Shown here piece by piece: positions 36,919 through 50,230 of a stretch of DNA of 64,000 nt. The position numbers and the translations under genes were made by a program. The stretch spans positions 868,001 to 932,000 of the forward strand of contig NW_026250412.1 in assembly GCF_024521635.1 (NCBI RefSeq), written 5' to 3'. Position 1 is the stretch's first letter. Each line of letters starts with the position of its first letter. This stretch comes from Tricharina praecox (Eukaryota). The notes beneath the pieces are model-generated. The model did not search any database. It was not told the origin of the DNA and worked only from the letters and a program-made list of their open reading frames with translations.

Positions 36919-39900
36919 ATGCCGCAGAATACATTGCCGTTACCGATCACAGTCATAACAGTCAGTAGCTCCCTAACCTGTCCATTGCACGGATTCACTC
37001 CTACCCAATTGACTCGAAACTGGCGGAGACTGACGGTATATATCTTTTGTGTCCTCTACAGACGGTAGACGGCGATCAATATCCAGAAGACGACTCCCCA
37101 ACAAGAGACTCACCAAACTCGCCCACAGCAACAACAGGGGCTGCGTTTTCGCGACGAAGACCTTCGGAAGCGGGTACTCTGGTCGCTCCCCCTTCACCAA
37201 ACACAGTCAACCACCTGTTCCCGTCGAAAGACGATCCTTCTCGCTCACGAGCGTCGTCGGTTGGCGGAAGTTCCATGCTTTCGGGCGCCACAACAGTTAT
37301 GGCGCCAGACTCGCACGACGAAATGCCGTACAGTAATAAGACCGAGAGTCCCAAAGACTCGAGCGATAGTTTCGACGACAAAACGGCACTGGACCCGTAT
37401 CCGGGAACCGAGGCCGATTTCGTTGTCGACAACAGCCCGTTCGCTTTCACGCCCGGCGAGCTGAACAAATTCCTTAACCCGAAATCGCTAGCGGCATTCA
37501 AGGCGGTAGGCGGAATACGGGGGCTGGAGGTTGGGTTGCGGACGAATCTTACCGCCGGGCTAAGTTTGGACGAGGCCCACCTGGAAGGGAAGGTTTCGTT
37601 TGCGGATGCAACTGACGCAGCCAAGGCTGGCAGGGATGCTGCTGAGCAGGCTGCGGTTCTGCGCACGCAGACCAACAAATCAGCCGGAGCCACCACACCG
37701 CAGTCGCAGCCTGGTGCGTTTGCCGACAGGAAGAGAGTTTTCAAGGATAACAGCCTGCCGTCGAAAAGGGCCAAGAGTATTTGGCGCCTGATGTGGGAGC
37801 AGTACAACGACAAGATTCTGATACTACTTACTATCGCCGCCGTGGTTTCGCTGGCACTCGGCCTGTACGAGAGTTTGGGCGTTGAGCACAAGCCCGGAGA
37901 CCCTCCCGCTGTCGATTGGATCGAGGGTGTTGCTATCTGCGTCGCCATCATCATCGTGGTCCTGGTTGGTTCTCTCAACGACTGGCAGAAGGAACGGCAG
38001 TTTGTCAAGTTGAACGCCAAGGTTTGTCACCACCTAGATTCCTGTTTGTGTGGTAGGGGATTTTTATATTGATTGTGGCTACAGAAAGAGGATCGTGAAG
38101 TCAACGTTATCCGCTCGGGCAAATCCGTCCCGATCAATGTCCATGATGTTCTCGTCGGAGATGTTCTTCACTTGGAGCCCGGCGACATGATTCCGGCCGA
38201 TGGTATTTTCATTCAAGGCCACAACGTCAAGTGCGATGAGTCCTCAGCCACCGGAGAATCCGACCAGATGAAGAAGACCGCCGGTGAGGAGGTCTTCAGG
38301 CGCCTGCAGAACGGTACTGCGAGCCAAAAGCTCGATCCCTTCATGATCTCTGGTTCTAAGGTCTTGGAGGGTGTCGGCACGTACGTCGTCACGTCTACCG
38401 GTGTCAACTCTTCTTTCGGTAAACTCATGATGTCGCTCCACCAAGAAGTCGACCAGACTCCCCTCCAGGCCAAGCTCGGCCGTATGGCGGATGCTATCGC
38501 GTACTTGGGTGGAGGCGCCGCTCTGCTGCTCTTCGCTGTCCTGTTCTTCCGCTTCTGCGCCGGTCTCCCCAACGATAACCGGACTCCGGCCCTGAAGGGA
38601 TCGGCTTTCCTGGATATTCTCATCGTCGCCATCACCCTTATCGTCGTCGCCATTCCCGAGGGTCTTCCTCTCGCTGTCACCCTGGCTTTGGCCTTCGCTA
38701 CTACTCGCATGCTCAAGGAGAACAACCTCGTTCGTGTTCTTCGTGCTTGCGAGACTATGGGCAACGCGACAACCGTCTGCTCCGACAAGACCGGTACTCT
38801 GACCCAGAACAAGATGACCGTCGTCGCCGGAACAATCTCGAAGGACGCCAAGTTCATGGCTAGCCCCGACAACTCGTCCACCCCCGCCCAGGTCGTCACT
38901 TCCTTCTCGGCACCCCTGAAGGATCTTCTCCTCAAGAGCATCGCCATCAACTCGACCGCTTTCGATGGAGAGGAGGATGGTGTTGCTACTTTCATTGGCT
39001 CCAAGACCGAGACCGCAATGTTGTCCTTCGCCCGCGATTTCCTCGGTATGGGTTCGCTCGACTCCGAGCGGTCTTCCGCCAATGTTGTCCAGATGATCCC
39101 CTTCGACTCTGGACGTAAGTGCATGGGTGTCGTTGTCAAGCTCTCGAACGGTGTCTACAGACTCATGGTTAAGGGTGCATCCGAGATCCTCCTCGCCAAG
39201 GCCACTCACAGATTGGCCGATGTCACCTCCAACGAACTCTCCAAGGTTGAGCTCTCCGCTGGAGACATCAAGGAGCTCAATGACACCATCAACTTCTACG
39301 CTGAGCGCTCGCTCCGCACCATCGGTATGCTGTACAAGGACTACCCGCAGTGGCCTCCTGCCGGTGCGATGACTCTCGAGGATGATCCCCGCCACGCCAA
39401 CTTCGATGACATCTTCAAAGAGATGATTTTCCTCGGTATCGTCGGTATCATGGACCCTCTCCGTCCCGGTGTCACCGAAGCCGTCAAGCAGTGCCAGAAC
39501 GCCGGTGTCGTGGTCAGGATGGTTACCGGTGACAACGTCGTGACTGCTCAGGCCATCGCTAGCGAGTGTGGAATCTTCACCGAGGGAGGAATCGTCATGG
39601 AAGGACCCAAGTTCCGCTTGCTCACCGAGCCCGAGATGGATCAGATCCTTCCCAAGCTCCAGGTTCTCGCTCGTTCGTCGCCCGAAGACAAGCGCATTCT
39701 CGTTCGCCGTCTCAAGGAGCTCGGAGAGACCGTGGCTGTCACCGGTGACGGAACCAACGATGGCCCCGCTCTCAAGATGGCCGATGTAGGTTTCTCGATG
39801 GGTATCGCTGGTACCGAGGTTGCCAAGGAAGCTTCTTCCATCATCCTCATGGACGACAACTTTGCTTCGATCATCAAGGCTCTCATGTGGGGCCGTGCCG

Positions 39901-40688
39901 TCAACGATGCTGTCCAGAAGTTCTTGCAGTTCCAGCTGACCGTCAACATCACCGCTGTCCTGCTCACCTTCGTCTCCGCTGTTTCTTCCGCCGATGGATC
40001 GTCGGTCCTTACCGCGGTTCAGCTGCTGTGGGTCAACCTCATCATGGACACCTTCGCTGCTCTCGCCCTGGCCACCGACGCACCCACTCCTGCGATTCTC
40101 GACCGCAAGCCGTCGCCGAAATCTGCTCCCCTGGTCTCCCTCAACATGTGGAAGATGATCATCGGACAGGCGATCTTCCAGCTGATCATCACCTTCATCC
40201 TCCACTTCGCGGGCAAGGACATCTTCCCGACCTGGACGCAGAAGCAGCTCGACACCGTCGTCTTCAACGCGTTCGTGTGGATGCAGATCTTCAACGAGTT
40301 CAACAACCGTCGTCTCGACAACAAGTTCAACATCTTCGAGGGCATTACCAAGAACTACTTCTTCATGGGCATCAACTGCGTGATGGTTGGCGGTCAGATC
40401 ATGATCATCTTCATCGGCGGGCAGGCGTTCAGCATCGAGTCCATCAACGGACCCCAGTGGGCCGTCTCCGTCGTCGTCTCCCTCTTCTGTCTGCCCTGGG
40501 CTGTCCTGATCCGCTGCGTGCCCGACGAGTTCGTCGGTCGCATGTGGGACAGGTCTGTTGCCATCTTTGGTCCCCCCGTCAATGCCACTATCCGCGGCTA
40601 CCAGAGCATGCGCAGAGCGCTCTCGTTCAGGAGCAAGACCAAGGTCGTGTCGGACGAGGAGACCACTGCCACTCCCACCACCACCTAA
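36919..40688 (+). CDS. PMC1: Vacuolar Ca2+-transporting P-type IIB ATPase (exons 36919-36960, 37062-38021, 38085-40688)
   Basis: Motifs DESSATGES, IPEGLPLAVT, CSDKTGTLT phosphorylation site, KGASE, MVTGDN, TGDGTNDGPAL, QLLWVNLIMDT, FNEFNNRRLDNKFNIFEG. Two canonical introns keep the frame. Confidence 0.96.
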
Positions 40689-42292
40689 CGTTTGATTTTT
40701 CTTCTTTCTGTATTGTATACCTTGTTACCCTGTATCTTTTTTCCGTTTCCTTTCTCCTATCTATTCGGCATACACACTTGGTGGTTCTTTCCTGCATTTA
40801 GGGTTCTATCTACATATTAGGTAACCCGTTGGGGCGTTATATCGTGATGTTTTTTTATTTTACTTTTTACTGTTTACTTTGGGTTGGGGGATAGTTATGA
40901 TATGTTGTGTTGCACTGTAACTAGGCAAACTGGGGTGGGGAAATTGGGGATATGATAGGATAGGTTGGGGGGTCTTTACGGGGCCATATTTTTTGCTTTT
41001 ATGCTTGTCTTTTTTTTGATCTTTTAACGGGGAGATGGGTTTCATGCTATGCTACTTTAGATTTTTTTTTCACATAGTTTGTGATACGTTTTATTTTTTC
41101 TTTTCACCTTATACTTTCATATGGGCACGATGAATGAGGTGGGAGGTGGGAAGGCTGAATGGGGCGGGAGGCGGGAGGTTGAATGGTGCAAGTTACTCTA
41201 TACTTCTATGGATACTTCTACGGTACTCGGACAAAACAAAACAAAGTTTATTACGATTGATTCCGAAGTTCATTCATTCATTTGACATTCGATAAAAGAA
41301 TCCGGCGGTTTCGTGACTCGTGAGTTGTGAGGGGTGGACTTGGTGGCCTTGGTGGCGCTCGTTTCTGAAGAAACATATGTAGAGTACCTGTATGTACGAC
41401 AGTACGAGTATGATACGGGAGTGCGCAGTCAGCCTCCACTAGCTACATAACTGGCTATACGGTACCGCGCCGGCTCCCATGGGCCATCCCGGATTCGCCG
41501 CAGGAGGACCTGGAGGATCTGGAGGATCTGGCAGCCTGGCAGCCCGGAGCCTGGGGCCTGGAGCTTGGGGCCTGGGAATGCCCCGCTTCGCAGCCTCCGC
41601 AGCCTTCGCTTGTTTCTAGCTACCCAGCTTCCAGCTTTCGACTGCGCGCATGCACAGGCATACGACACACGGCACAGGTGGGTACCTGGGTACTTGGGTA
41701 CTCGTTTGGACTCTGGAGTCTGGAGTCTGTGTTCCCTCATCCATCAGGCAGGGCAAGGCAGGGCAAGGCAGCGATCTCCATTAGGTACATATACCCTACA
41801 TAACACTGCCCATAGACTCACGGACACATACCTTTCCAGTTTTAATCCTCAGCTTTTCCGTCTCTAGGAGAGGGGGATACGAAGGCAGTCGGGGGAGTCG
41901 AAGTAGGGTAGACTGGCTGCCTGACATTGGGCCTCCGAGTCACAGTCGCCCCACCCACCCCACCCGCCAGAGCCCACCCACCAACCCGCCTATCCAGTGT
42001 CCACACGGCTGGAGCAAGCGAAACATGTGCTTCTAGAGCACCTACATCATACATGGAGCGGTAAAGCCATCGTCCACTGTCCATACAGATGCACCCACGG
42101 GGTCGGATCGCATCGTATTTCATACTGTGCTTGTAGAGCATACATAGCACAGCTTGCTTCCAGAATCCTTTGTGTGTGTGCGGGGAGGAGGAGGAGGCTG
42201 CGTGGTAGAAAGTATGCACGTAACGAACTGATCCCCCCTCCGCCCTAGGGACCCAAGGCCGCGACAGAAATGAAGTGAGTTCCTGCAAACTC

Positions 42293-42372
42293 TGCGAATT
42301 CTGTTGCGAACTTGCGAATTCTGTTGCGAACTTGCGAATTCTGTTGCGAACCTGCGAATTCTGTTGCGAACT
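42293..42372. repeat. 20-mer tandem repeat (TGCGAATTCTGTTGCGAACT) x4
   Basis: Directly visible. Confidence 0.92.
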
Positions 42373-43845
42373 CAAACTCCTCTGTGCGAACACAGGGTGG
42401 ACCGTGGAAGTGGGTGTGGGCGTCGGAGCAGCGCCGTGGTTTGACGGACGGATGCTGGGTGGATGGTGGATGGTGGGTAGTGGTGGTAGTGGGGGCGGGG
42501 CATGCGATTGGATTGGCGGGGTTGGTTGCATGACGCATGTCGCATGTCGCATGTCTGTCTGTCTGTCCGGACCGGACGAGGGAGTGAGTGAGCGAGTGAG
42601 GGAGTGGGGCACTGGGGCTGTGCAGTGCAGTGCTGTGTGGTAAGGCTAAAGTAGTAGATATTACTACCTAGTAAATACGACTCGACCGGTTTGTCGGTAT
42701 ATCTCCCATCCGAGCATATGGCGGAGTACCTACTCTGGGTACATACTACCGGCATGTGCCAGTGGATAGGTGTTTGCCTCGTACGTGCGTACGTCGAGTA
42801 TGTGGTAGGTACATGGATACATACCAGATGTTGAGGAATTCCAAATCACTGAGAAGCGGAAGTGGCAGCGGAAGGAAGGGTGGCGGGTTCGGCGGATCGT
42901 CGTGTACCGTATGCACATACATAGACTTTGCCCTGTGGATCTGTCGACGGCCGTGGTGTGGCTGAACGTTCCGCTGCACATATGCTGGTCAAATTGTCAT
43001 CTGCTCTCGTAGGTGGTACAATACATAACAATCGGTAAATATATTACCTATGTGCGAACCACGCCATCGTCCCCCAACATTCGAGTTCTACGTATCGTGG
43101 ACCGTGGATCACCCCCATCTTGGAGGACGAACTCCGACGACGTACCGTAAGCCGCGTACGGCAACTATCCTGGCAGAGCATCAGCATACCGAGCGGGTTG
43201 GGGAGTACCGTACGCATCCTCGGATCCTCCAGGAGGTTTGTAAACGGTAGTTAGTCGGCGTCTGTCGTTCCAATCCAAACATGAACATGACCGAGACGCT
43301 TACATGCGTCTGTCCGCGGTAAAATCACGGGGGGATGGATATACTAATACCTAGGCGAGCGTTCAGTCCAATACATATCCCGAGGGGTCACCATTGCCCA
43401 ACATATCATATATTTACCTCCACCGTACTTGATGGATCCGAACTGTTTCAAACCCCTTAAATCACACTACATTGTCTTATGAACTCCATGTTACCTAGAT
43501 AACCCAAAGCCAACGCCAACGCCAATATGCTCCTGTACTTTCATCCCACCGCCACCAGAACTGGACCACGGGAAAACAAAAACACTCAAAACCTGCAGCT
43601 ACACAATGAAATAGGTAGGCACAATCCAAACAAACAAAGGAAAGCAAGAAAGCACAACACCGCCCAAAGATCTATGCCTAAGGAAAATACTCCGCTTTGC
43701 CGTCTCCCCCCCTTCTCCTCCTCCTCCTCCTCCTCCTCCTCCTCGCTGAACCATACCGAAACGTGAACAGACGTTCCCACCACTTATTAGATAGATACAC
43801 ATGAAGTTACTAAACACATACCGCAGAGTGGACGAGCACTTTGAG

Positions 43846-46800
43846 CTATAGATTCCAGGCACTGCTTTCGGAGTTCTGGCTGTGTGTCCAAAATTCATCT
43901 TTGGCATCAAACATCGGCTCTTGCTCGAGGAGTAGCCGGACAGTAGATTCGTGTCTAGATCGGGTTGCTAAAAGTAGCGCTGTATCGCCATTTCGCTTCT
44001 GTCCTTTGATTTTGGCCCCGTGGTCGAGAAGCAACCGCACAGTAGATTCGTGTCTATAGCAGGCGGCCAAAAGTAGCGGTGTATCGCCCTGTTGGTTCTG
44101 TCCTTTGATATTGGCTCCGTGGTCGAGAAGCAACCGCACAGTAGGTTCGTATCCATGTCGGACGGCCATAAATAGCGCTGTATCGCCGTTATCGGCGGTC
44201 TTGGCTTCAATATTAGCTCCCGACCGAGGAGCAACTGGACGGCCGAATCATGTCCATTTTTTGCGGCTGAGTGTAGCGCTGTGCATCGATATTCGGGTGG
44301 CTCGATGTTAGCTCCTCGGTCGAGAAGCAACCGGGCGGTAGATTCGTGTCCATACTCGGAAGCAGCTATCAAGATCGTTTTTCCTTGCCGTTGGGAGTTT
44401 GCTGAGGCACCAACCAATAACGCCGTTTTGGTTGCTAAATGGGATCCAGTGGTAGCCGCAACCTATAGCAGTTGGTCCCGGAAATGATCTTCATTGGCCT
44501 CATGTAGTTTGGCTCTAGCAAAGACGGTGCAAATCCAGTCGCCTATGAGGTAGGTTGCGGGGTTCTCGGGAGCCATGTAACCAACAAGCATGGAAACCAG
44601 CCGCGAGCATTCTTCTGAGGCACAATAGCCATTTGTCTTTTGCATGTGGATCGGCAGAAAGCTCAGTCTGTAATTGATGAGTGGCCGCCCTTCTAGATAT
44701 TGAACATACTTCTCGAAGTGCTCTAGCTCCCAAAACCCAGGTCCTATGTCCGTTGAGTTGGCCTTCGGCGTCGTATATGCGGCAAAGGGAATGAGGTATC
44801 GAATACAGATAGTGCATATCCAGGTATGATTGCCGTTTACTTGGATCTTGAATCTTGATGCTGCTGCGGACCCGTCCGGCCGAAGGAGAAAATCACGGAC
44901 GGTTTGGTGCATGACTTGGACACTGGCTTCTATTCATATTGTCAGTCAAGCCTACAGAAGGCCTCTCAAGGCGTAGGAGAAGTAGAATAGGGTAATTACC
45001 ATCGCCGCGACCCTTGATTTCCAAAAAGTTACGTCCGCAGTGAAATATTCTCTTGTCCATACAAATAACCAGATCATCTTGGAAGGATTCTTCAGTGACA
45101 CCATCATTCGGACCGTCTGGAATAGCAAGTACATGCTGTAGTTCTAGAATAGTAGGCGGCTGACGGCCGAATAGGACAAATCGGAACATCTTTATTCCAT
45201 CTGTAATGTCCTGACACGAACCTCCTTCTAATTCACCGAGCATTCTTTCATAAAGCCCTTCCAGTTCTGTTAGAAGCCTCTTCAAGAAGCGGAAGATAGA
45301 CCCTTTGGAGCAACCTGTAGTTGAGTATCCGAGAAGTTCTTCTTTAATCAAGCGGATCCACAGGAATACTCCATGCGCGTTTTCGATGATATACTCGGTG
45401 GCCCTGGAAAGAATATCATCGGAGAACCCCAGATTTGGGCCCAGGAAAGAATCCACGAAAGCGCGGATGTCCTCTTTATTCATGACTTGCATCCATATGA
45501 CTTCGGGTGAGTTGATATATCGGTCGAGCGTTGCAATTGGGCGGCTTCCGAAAAAGACCTTCACGATGCAAGCTTTCTTGGAACAGAGTTCGCCGAATAA
45601 CTCAATGATCCTGCGTCTATCATCCTCATCAGACTGATCAATCGCATCGATGATAAAGTAACTTCGTTCCGCCGTCCTCGGATGATCACCCAAAGAAAGA
45701 GTTATCTGCTTCAAAGACTCATAAGGCCATCCCGTGCGGTGTTCTTCGCTCCGACCATCCTTCATGTCCTGGTACATATGGAACTCTCGCTGGAAATGGT
45801 AAAAAAAAGACTCATTTTGATTTAGGACATCGTAAAGGATAGATCGAAGCATGCTGTAGTGACTCGTTTGGTATTCCCCGTCCCTGAAACTGTAAAAGAA
45901 GGAGGCGAAACATGCCGACTGCGTCAGTGGCTCGCGGTCTCGGAGGTTTTCCCTGAAATACTTGACGAGAGTGCTTTTTCCGCTGCCGGGCTTTCCCATA
46001 ATATATAGAATGCTGGAATTATCGGAAAACGACCAGTTCTGGTACTTCTCATGGCTCCAGAGCCATTCCAAGGACCCTTGATGCTCTCTAACGATCTTCT
46101 GATAGCGTGTGTTATGAAATCGGAGAACATTCAGACATTCTGCCATCCATGTACACCTGGTCAGCATAATGGTGTATCAGAGTGAATGGGACGCAATTGG
46201 ACCTTTCCTTTCCGAGTCGTGCGCAATGCCCAGCGCCTGGAGCCCGCACCATGAAATTTCACGCCGTGGGTTGCTTGTGAGGAATTGTGCAGGCACAGGG
46301 CCAAGATCCCCATCTTGCCGGACTGTAATGAGAAGTTTGATTTTCACCCGGCCCTCCTCCTGTTTCTGCAACTGTGCAACAAATGAAGCAATTCCTGTGA
46401 TGAACTGCATCCATTTCGTATCGCTGCCTTGGGATTCCACTGACATGCGAGCGCCGTTGATAATGATGGAAATGTCTGATGAATGTTCGGCTGCTAAAAC
46501 TGCTGATAGAGCATTAAGTTGTTCATGGTCGGTCCTGGCTTCAAGGAGTTCTTTCAGGAAATCGGGGTCATTGACGTCTCCATTCTCCCAGTCTTTTGGA
46601 AAGTGAGGTTGGTTTTGCCTTCCGAGAAGTTGGATGAGGAGGGTAGTAAAGAAAACAGCAGCCAACTCTTTCTTAGGATGTGGTGTGCAGCAAAATATCT
46701 GGTGGAGGAAAGTGTAGATAAAGAGGGTGGTCATCGATGGTTCGGTGGTAGAGCGGCATGAAAAGTATAGGACTGTAGAATGTGCGCCAGAAAGTCTCTT

Positions 46801-49426
46801 TCCTTCAAAGTCCGCAATATATGATGCAGCTTGATCAAGGCGGCGTTGAAATGGTGCAATCAACCATAGTACCGGAATAGAACGTTTACCGTTGATCCAT
46901 GTTTCGAAATCGATGTTTTTGAAAATCCAATAAAACTCCGGTTGACTAGTAATGGTGGATGGGAAGTTGGACCCATGTTTTGCTTGACCGACCGCAAATG
47001 GCAAAAATTGCAGCAAATCTTCCAGCTTGATACTGTCTATCCGAGACCGGAGAATTCCTAGAGCGCAGGGCCTGCCTTCAAAGATGTCAGTTGGGCACTG
47101 GCTCTCTTCACGATACCAATAAGAATAACTTCACGTGTACAGTGCATAGTTTGACTGATGTGAACAAGAAAGGATATAGATTCCACATTTTGAGTAACAC
47201 CTCAAAGTTCTGGAACATTCCAGAAACAGCTCATCACATGATGTTCGGTTTTAGTGAATCAGCATGGACGAGCGAGGATGTGGAAGAGAAGTGGGAGTAT
47301 GAGGAAAGTTGGGGCGGGAAGGAGGCCGGGAGCGGGGGAGTGAGATCGGGAGTGGGAGTGGGGAGGGGGGTAGCGTATAGAGTGGAAGGAGGGTCGCGGA
47401 GGAGTTGTTTCTGGCGGGTTCCCCCAGCAGTGGTGAGCTTTAGGGCATAGAGGAAAACCTCGGATAGTGGTAGGTGATAGCAGTAGTAGTTAGGGAGGAT
47501 GGGGGGGAAGGGATAATCATGCGTTCTATTATTTATGAAGCGATGGAGGCTGTGCCTCACCAACGAACTTGAGAGAGAGAGAGATCTTCAGTTTATTTCA
47601 CATGCAGCCTATCTAGACTATGACGAAAGCTAACGGACTTGATAGTTGATTACCAACGTGCGGAGCCGTACAGAAGTTTGATAACTCACCAATGCAGGCG
47701 TTCATGTGGTGAACCACAGATTGATACGTTAAATCGACATGGGGGTCAAACTTTACTATATCCGTATGGTTTTTGTTTACCGGAAGCCGATGTTCTAACG
47801 GTAGGAATAATTGAGCAGAATATCCCTGGACCATCATGGCCTTTTCACCATCTCTAGTGAATTTCCCGGATTCAGACTACATAGAATCAGTAAGTAATCA
47901 GCCCTGGAAGGGGCAAAACATTCGCAATTCACCCTCTTAACCGTAGACGTTTCCACCGTTTCGTGAAAGCTGATGATTGTTCGTTTAAACCTTTTACATA
48001 TGTGCAGAAGATCCTCTTTTTGGTTAATTAGGAAGTCCGAGCCTTGCTTCAGCTGTGCCAGGAAGTTCGCTGCTTGCGTGTTCGAACCAACCATTGTCTC
48101 TAATTCTTCGGTCCGAAGTCCTTGATGTGGCGTCCCAAAAAAGAATATTCCTTGGGTGGCGTCTAGAATGGACCTGTGATGTGGATTGCGGTTGGACTCG
48201 ACCAATGCCTGGAATCGCAATCTGAGATGAGAACGAAAGTATCTGGCAAAGTAGCTGGATTTGCCTGAAGAATCAAGATACCCCCTAAACTGTGCCCCAG
48301 AAATATTATTGGTCGGTGCTGATGACAGGCAAGCACATCAATCATCAGCCAACGTAGGCCCACAAGACAGATTAAAAACTACATAGGTAAGTATATTGAC
48401 GTACCTCGGCGTTCGGTCTAAAATTCTTGAGCTGTTGGAGGAAGTGGCTTTTGTAGTCACAAATTTTCATGGAGGATGTCGGCTGCCCGGCTAGGCGGCT
48501 GTCGTAACCATAGGTCATAATTCTGATGTTGATGATATCTTGGGGCAAGAAGTCTTTCAACCACATTTGGTGGGTTTCGCGGCTGCGCCAGGATCCAAAC
48601 GCATGGCCCGCCAGGCCAGTCACAGCAACTACACTAGAGTGAACCCGATTTTAACGTCTCAACGAGGATGAAGCTGGAGGGAAAGGTGCATCAACTCGGC
48701 AATAATTTTTCCGCTGGGCGTGTTTAAAGGCGTAAAGTCGTAGGAATGACAGTCGATCGTAAGGAATATCTTCGCCTTGACCCCCGTCCTCCGAACCCGC
48801 TCATGCTTCGTTGTATCCCCTTCAATCCCTCGGAAGTATTGAGTAAGAGTGTCCAGGTTCAGCAACGCGGTTTTAGTGGAGCCGCAACACGCTGGATAAA
48901 TCGACAGTTCGTGGTCCAGATCTTCTTTCAAAGGCGGGTCGATGGTATAAAGAACAGCTTGTAAATCATCCTCACTCCAATCTCGCGGGACTCCAGATAT
49001 CCGAAAACACTTGGGCGCTGTGCGTGCGCGGCAATCGACGGCCTCAGTCGCAGCAGCCGAACTGACCATGTATTGTTTCCCAACCGAAGATACTTCTGTC
49101 ACAGTGTCGGCACTTTGGGGCTCTGTTGGTTTCGTAGAGGGTGACACCGCATCCGTGGAGCAATCGATGATAGGCACCTCGATCCTACCTGAACCTCCGG
49201 TACTTGGATCCTCGAACGATGAAACCTCCCCCGCACTGTGAGGTTTAGGTGATTTAGTCGGACGCCTTTGAGATCCATTACGAAGTGCAGGAACATTGAG
49301 CACCGAACGAGACCCGTCGTCCGGCGCCTGCTGTATGGTTATTTCCGCTGGGGATGAAGATAGTCTTTGGCGGCTGCTCGGTCGCAGCGCACGAGTTGGA
49401 AGGTCGTCGCCTGGTCGCTTAGGCAT
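43846..49426 (-). pseudogene. Fungal NLR-like gene (SesB-like alpha/beta hydrolase - degenerate NACHT - NACHT - ankyrin repeats) with premature stop and frameshift
   Basis: Hydrolase motifs AVTGLAGHAFGSW, MWLKDFLP, TYGYDS, GHSLGG, FFGTPHQG, NHTDIVKF. Walker A GKPGSGKST, Walker B FIIDAIDQ, HGVFLW, MHQTVRDF. About five ankyrin repeats (GHESTARLLLDRGANIE etc.). In-frame TAG at 44463-44465 and a 1-nt deletion at ~44219-44221. Confidence 0.85.
47573..47631 (-). mobile_element. Short 5'-truncated retroposon 3' end inside the long NLR intron
   Basis: CATAGTCTAGATAGGCTGCATGTGAAATAAAC...(TC)n, flanked by the 11-bp near-direct repeat AACGAACTTGA / AACGGACTTGA. Confidence 0.72.
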
Positions 49427-50230
49427 TTTCGTGCGATAGAGGTACTGTTATAAAGAGGAAAGAGCAGTTATTTCCGAGGCTGGTATATTTGCAATCGTCG
49501 AGTGCAGATTTGACGTCTTCCGTGGCGATTATCAGCTCAAGTGGGGAAAATGAGGGGACAGAGTAGGCATTTCTTCTGAAGGTGTTGAACCTGAACACAA
49601 GCACGAGCCCCTGCCAGATACCAAGTCGTTATGTACCTACAGTGCTGTAACTACGACCAATCATTCATCAAAATGTGTCGGCCGGGCTCGCTTATTTCTT
49701 GCACCGTCGGTCTCCACCACGCCCTCAGGTGTGTACGACGGTGCCGAGTGTTTTACATGGCCAACCTGCAGAATTTCTCGGTGCAGTACATACATACCTC
49801 ATAGACAGTTGGTCCTGGGGTGGTGCAACGTTCAACGGACTGGATCTGATACCGTAGTATCTCATCCACTGGGCCATATGGTATAGACGACGGTCTAGGG
49901 AGCGCACGCTCGAATACACACATCTCTACGAGGGTCTAGTCTGGGAGAATGTTTCCACCAAGATGACGGATTGATGCGAGTGATCACCCATGCAGTCTTC
50001 CCATCACGTTTCTCCATAAGTTAGTGGAGACAGATCCAAATGGTAGGTAGCTCGTTCGTTGAACATGAATTATAATCCCATATAGAGAAAAGCCCATCAA
50101 GAGCACACCAAGAAAGAACACGTAAAGCGCATCGCGCATCACGCTCCGAGTGACGCAGCAAGGCAAGACACAGGAGCATTCACGCCACAGATCAACAACA
50201 CCCAGATTCCACCCCTCCACGGTCCCTAGC

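Noticed and set aside
38213-40205. 653-aa and 308-aa antisense ORFs over PMC1
   Set aside because: These are shadow ORFs caused by strong C-ending codon bias of the sense gene; no domain features.
47085-47240. Intronic box C/D snoRNA (GTGATGA ... CTGA on the minus strand)
   Set aside because: The boxes are ~150 nt apart, no terminal stem or rRNA guide was recognised, and the CTGA is better explained as the intron branch site.
21097-49426. Starship giant transposon suggested by ferric reductase plus NLR cargo-type genes
   Set aside because: No DUF3435 tyrosine-recombinase captain was seen, and the genes are interleaved with core genes such as PMC1.
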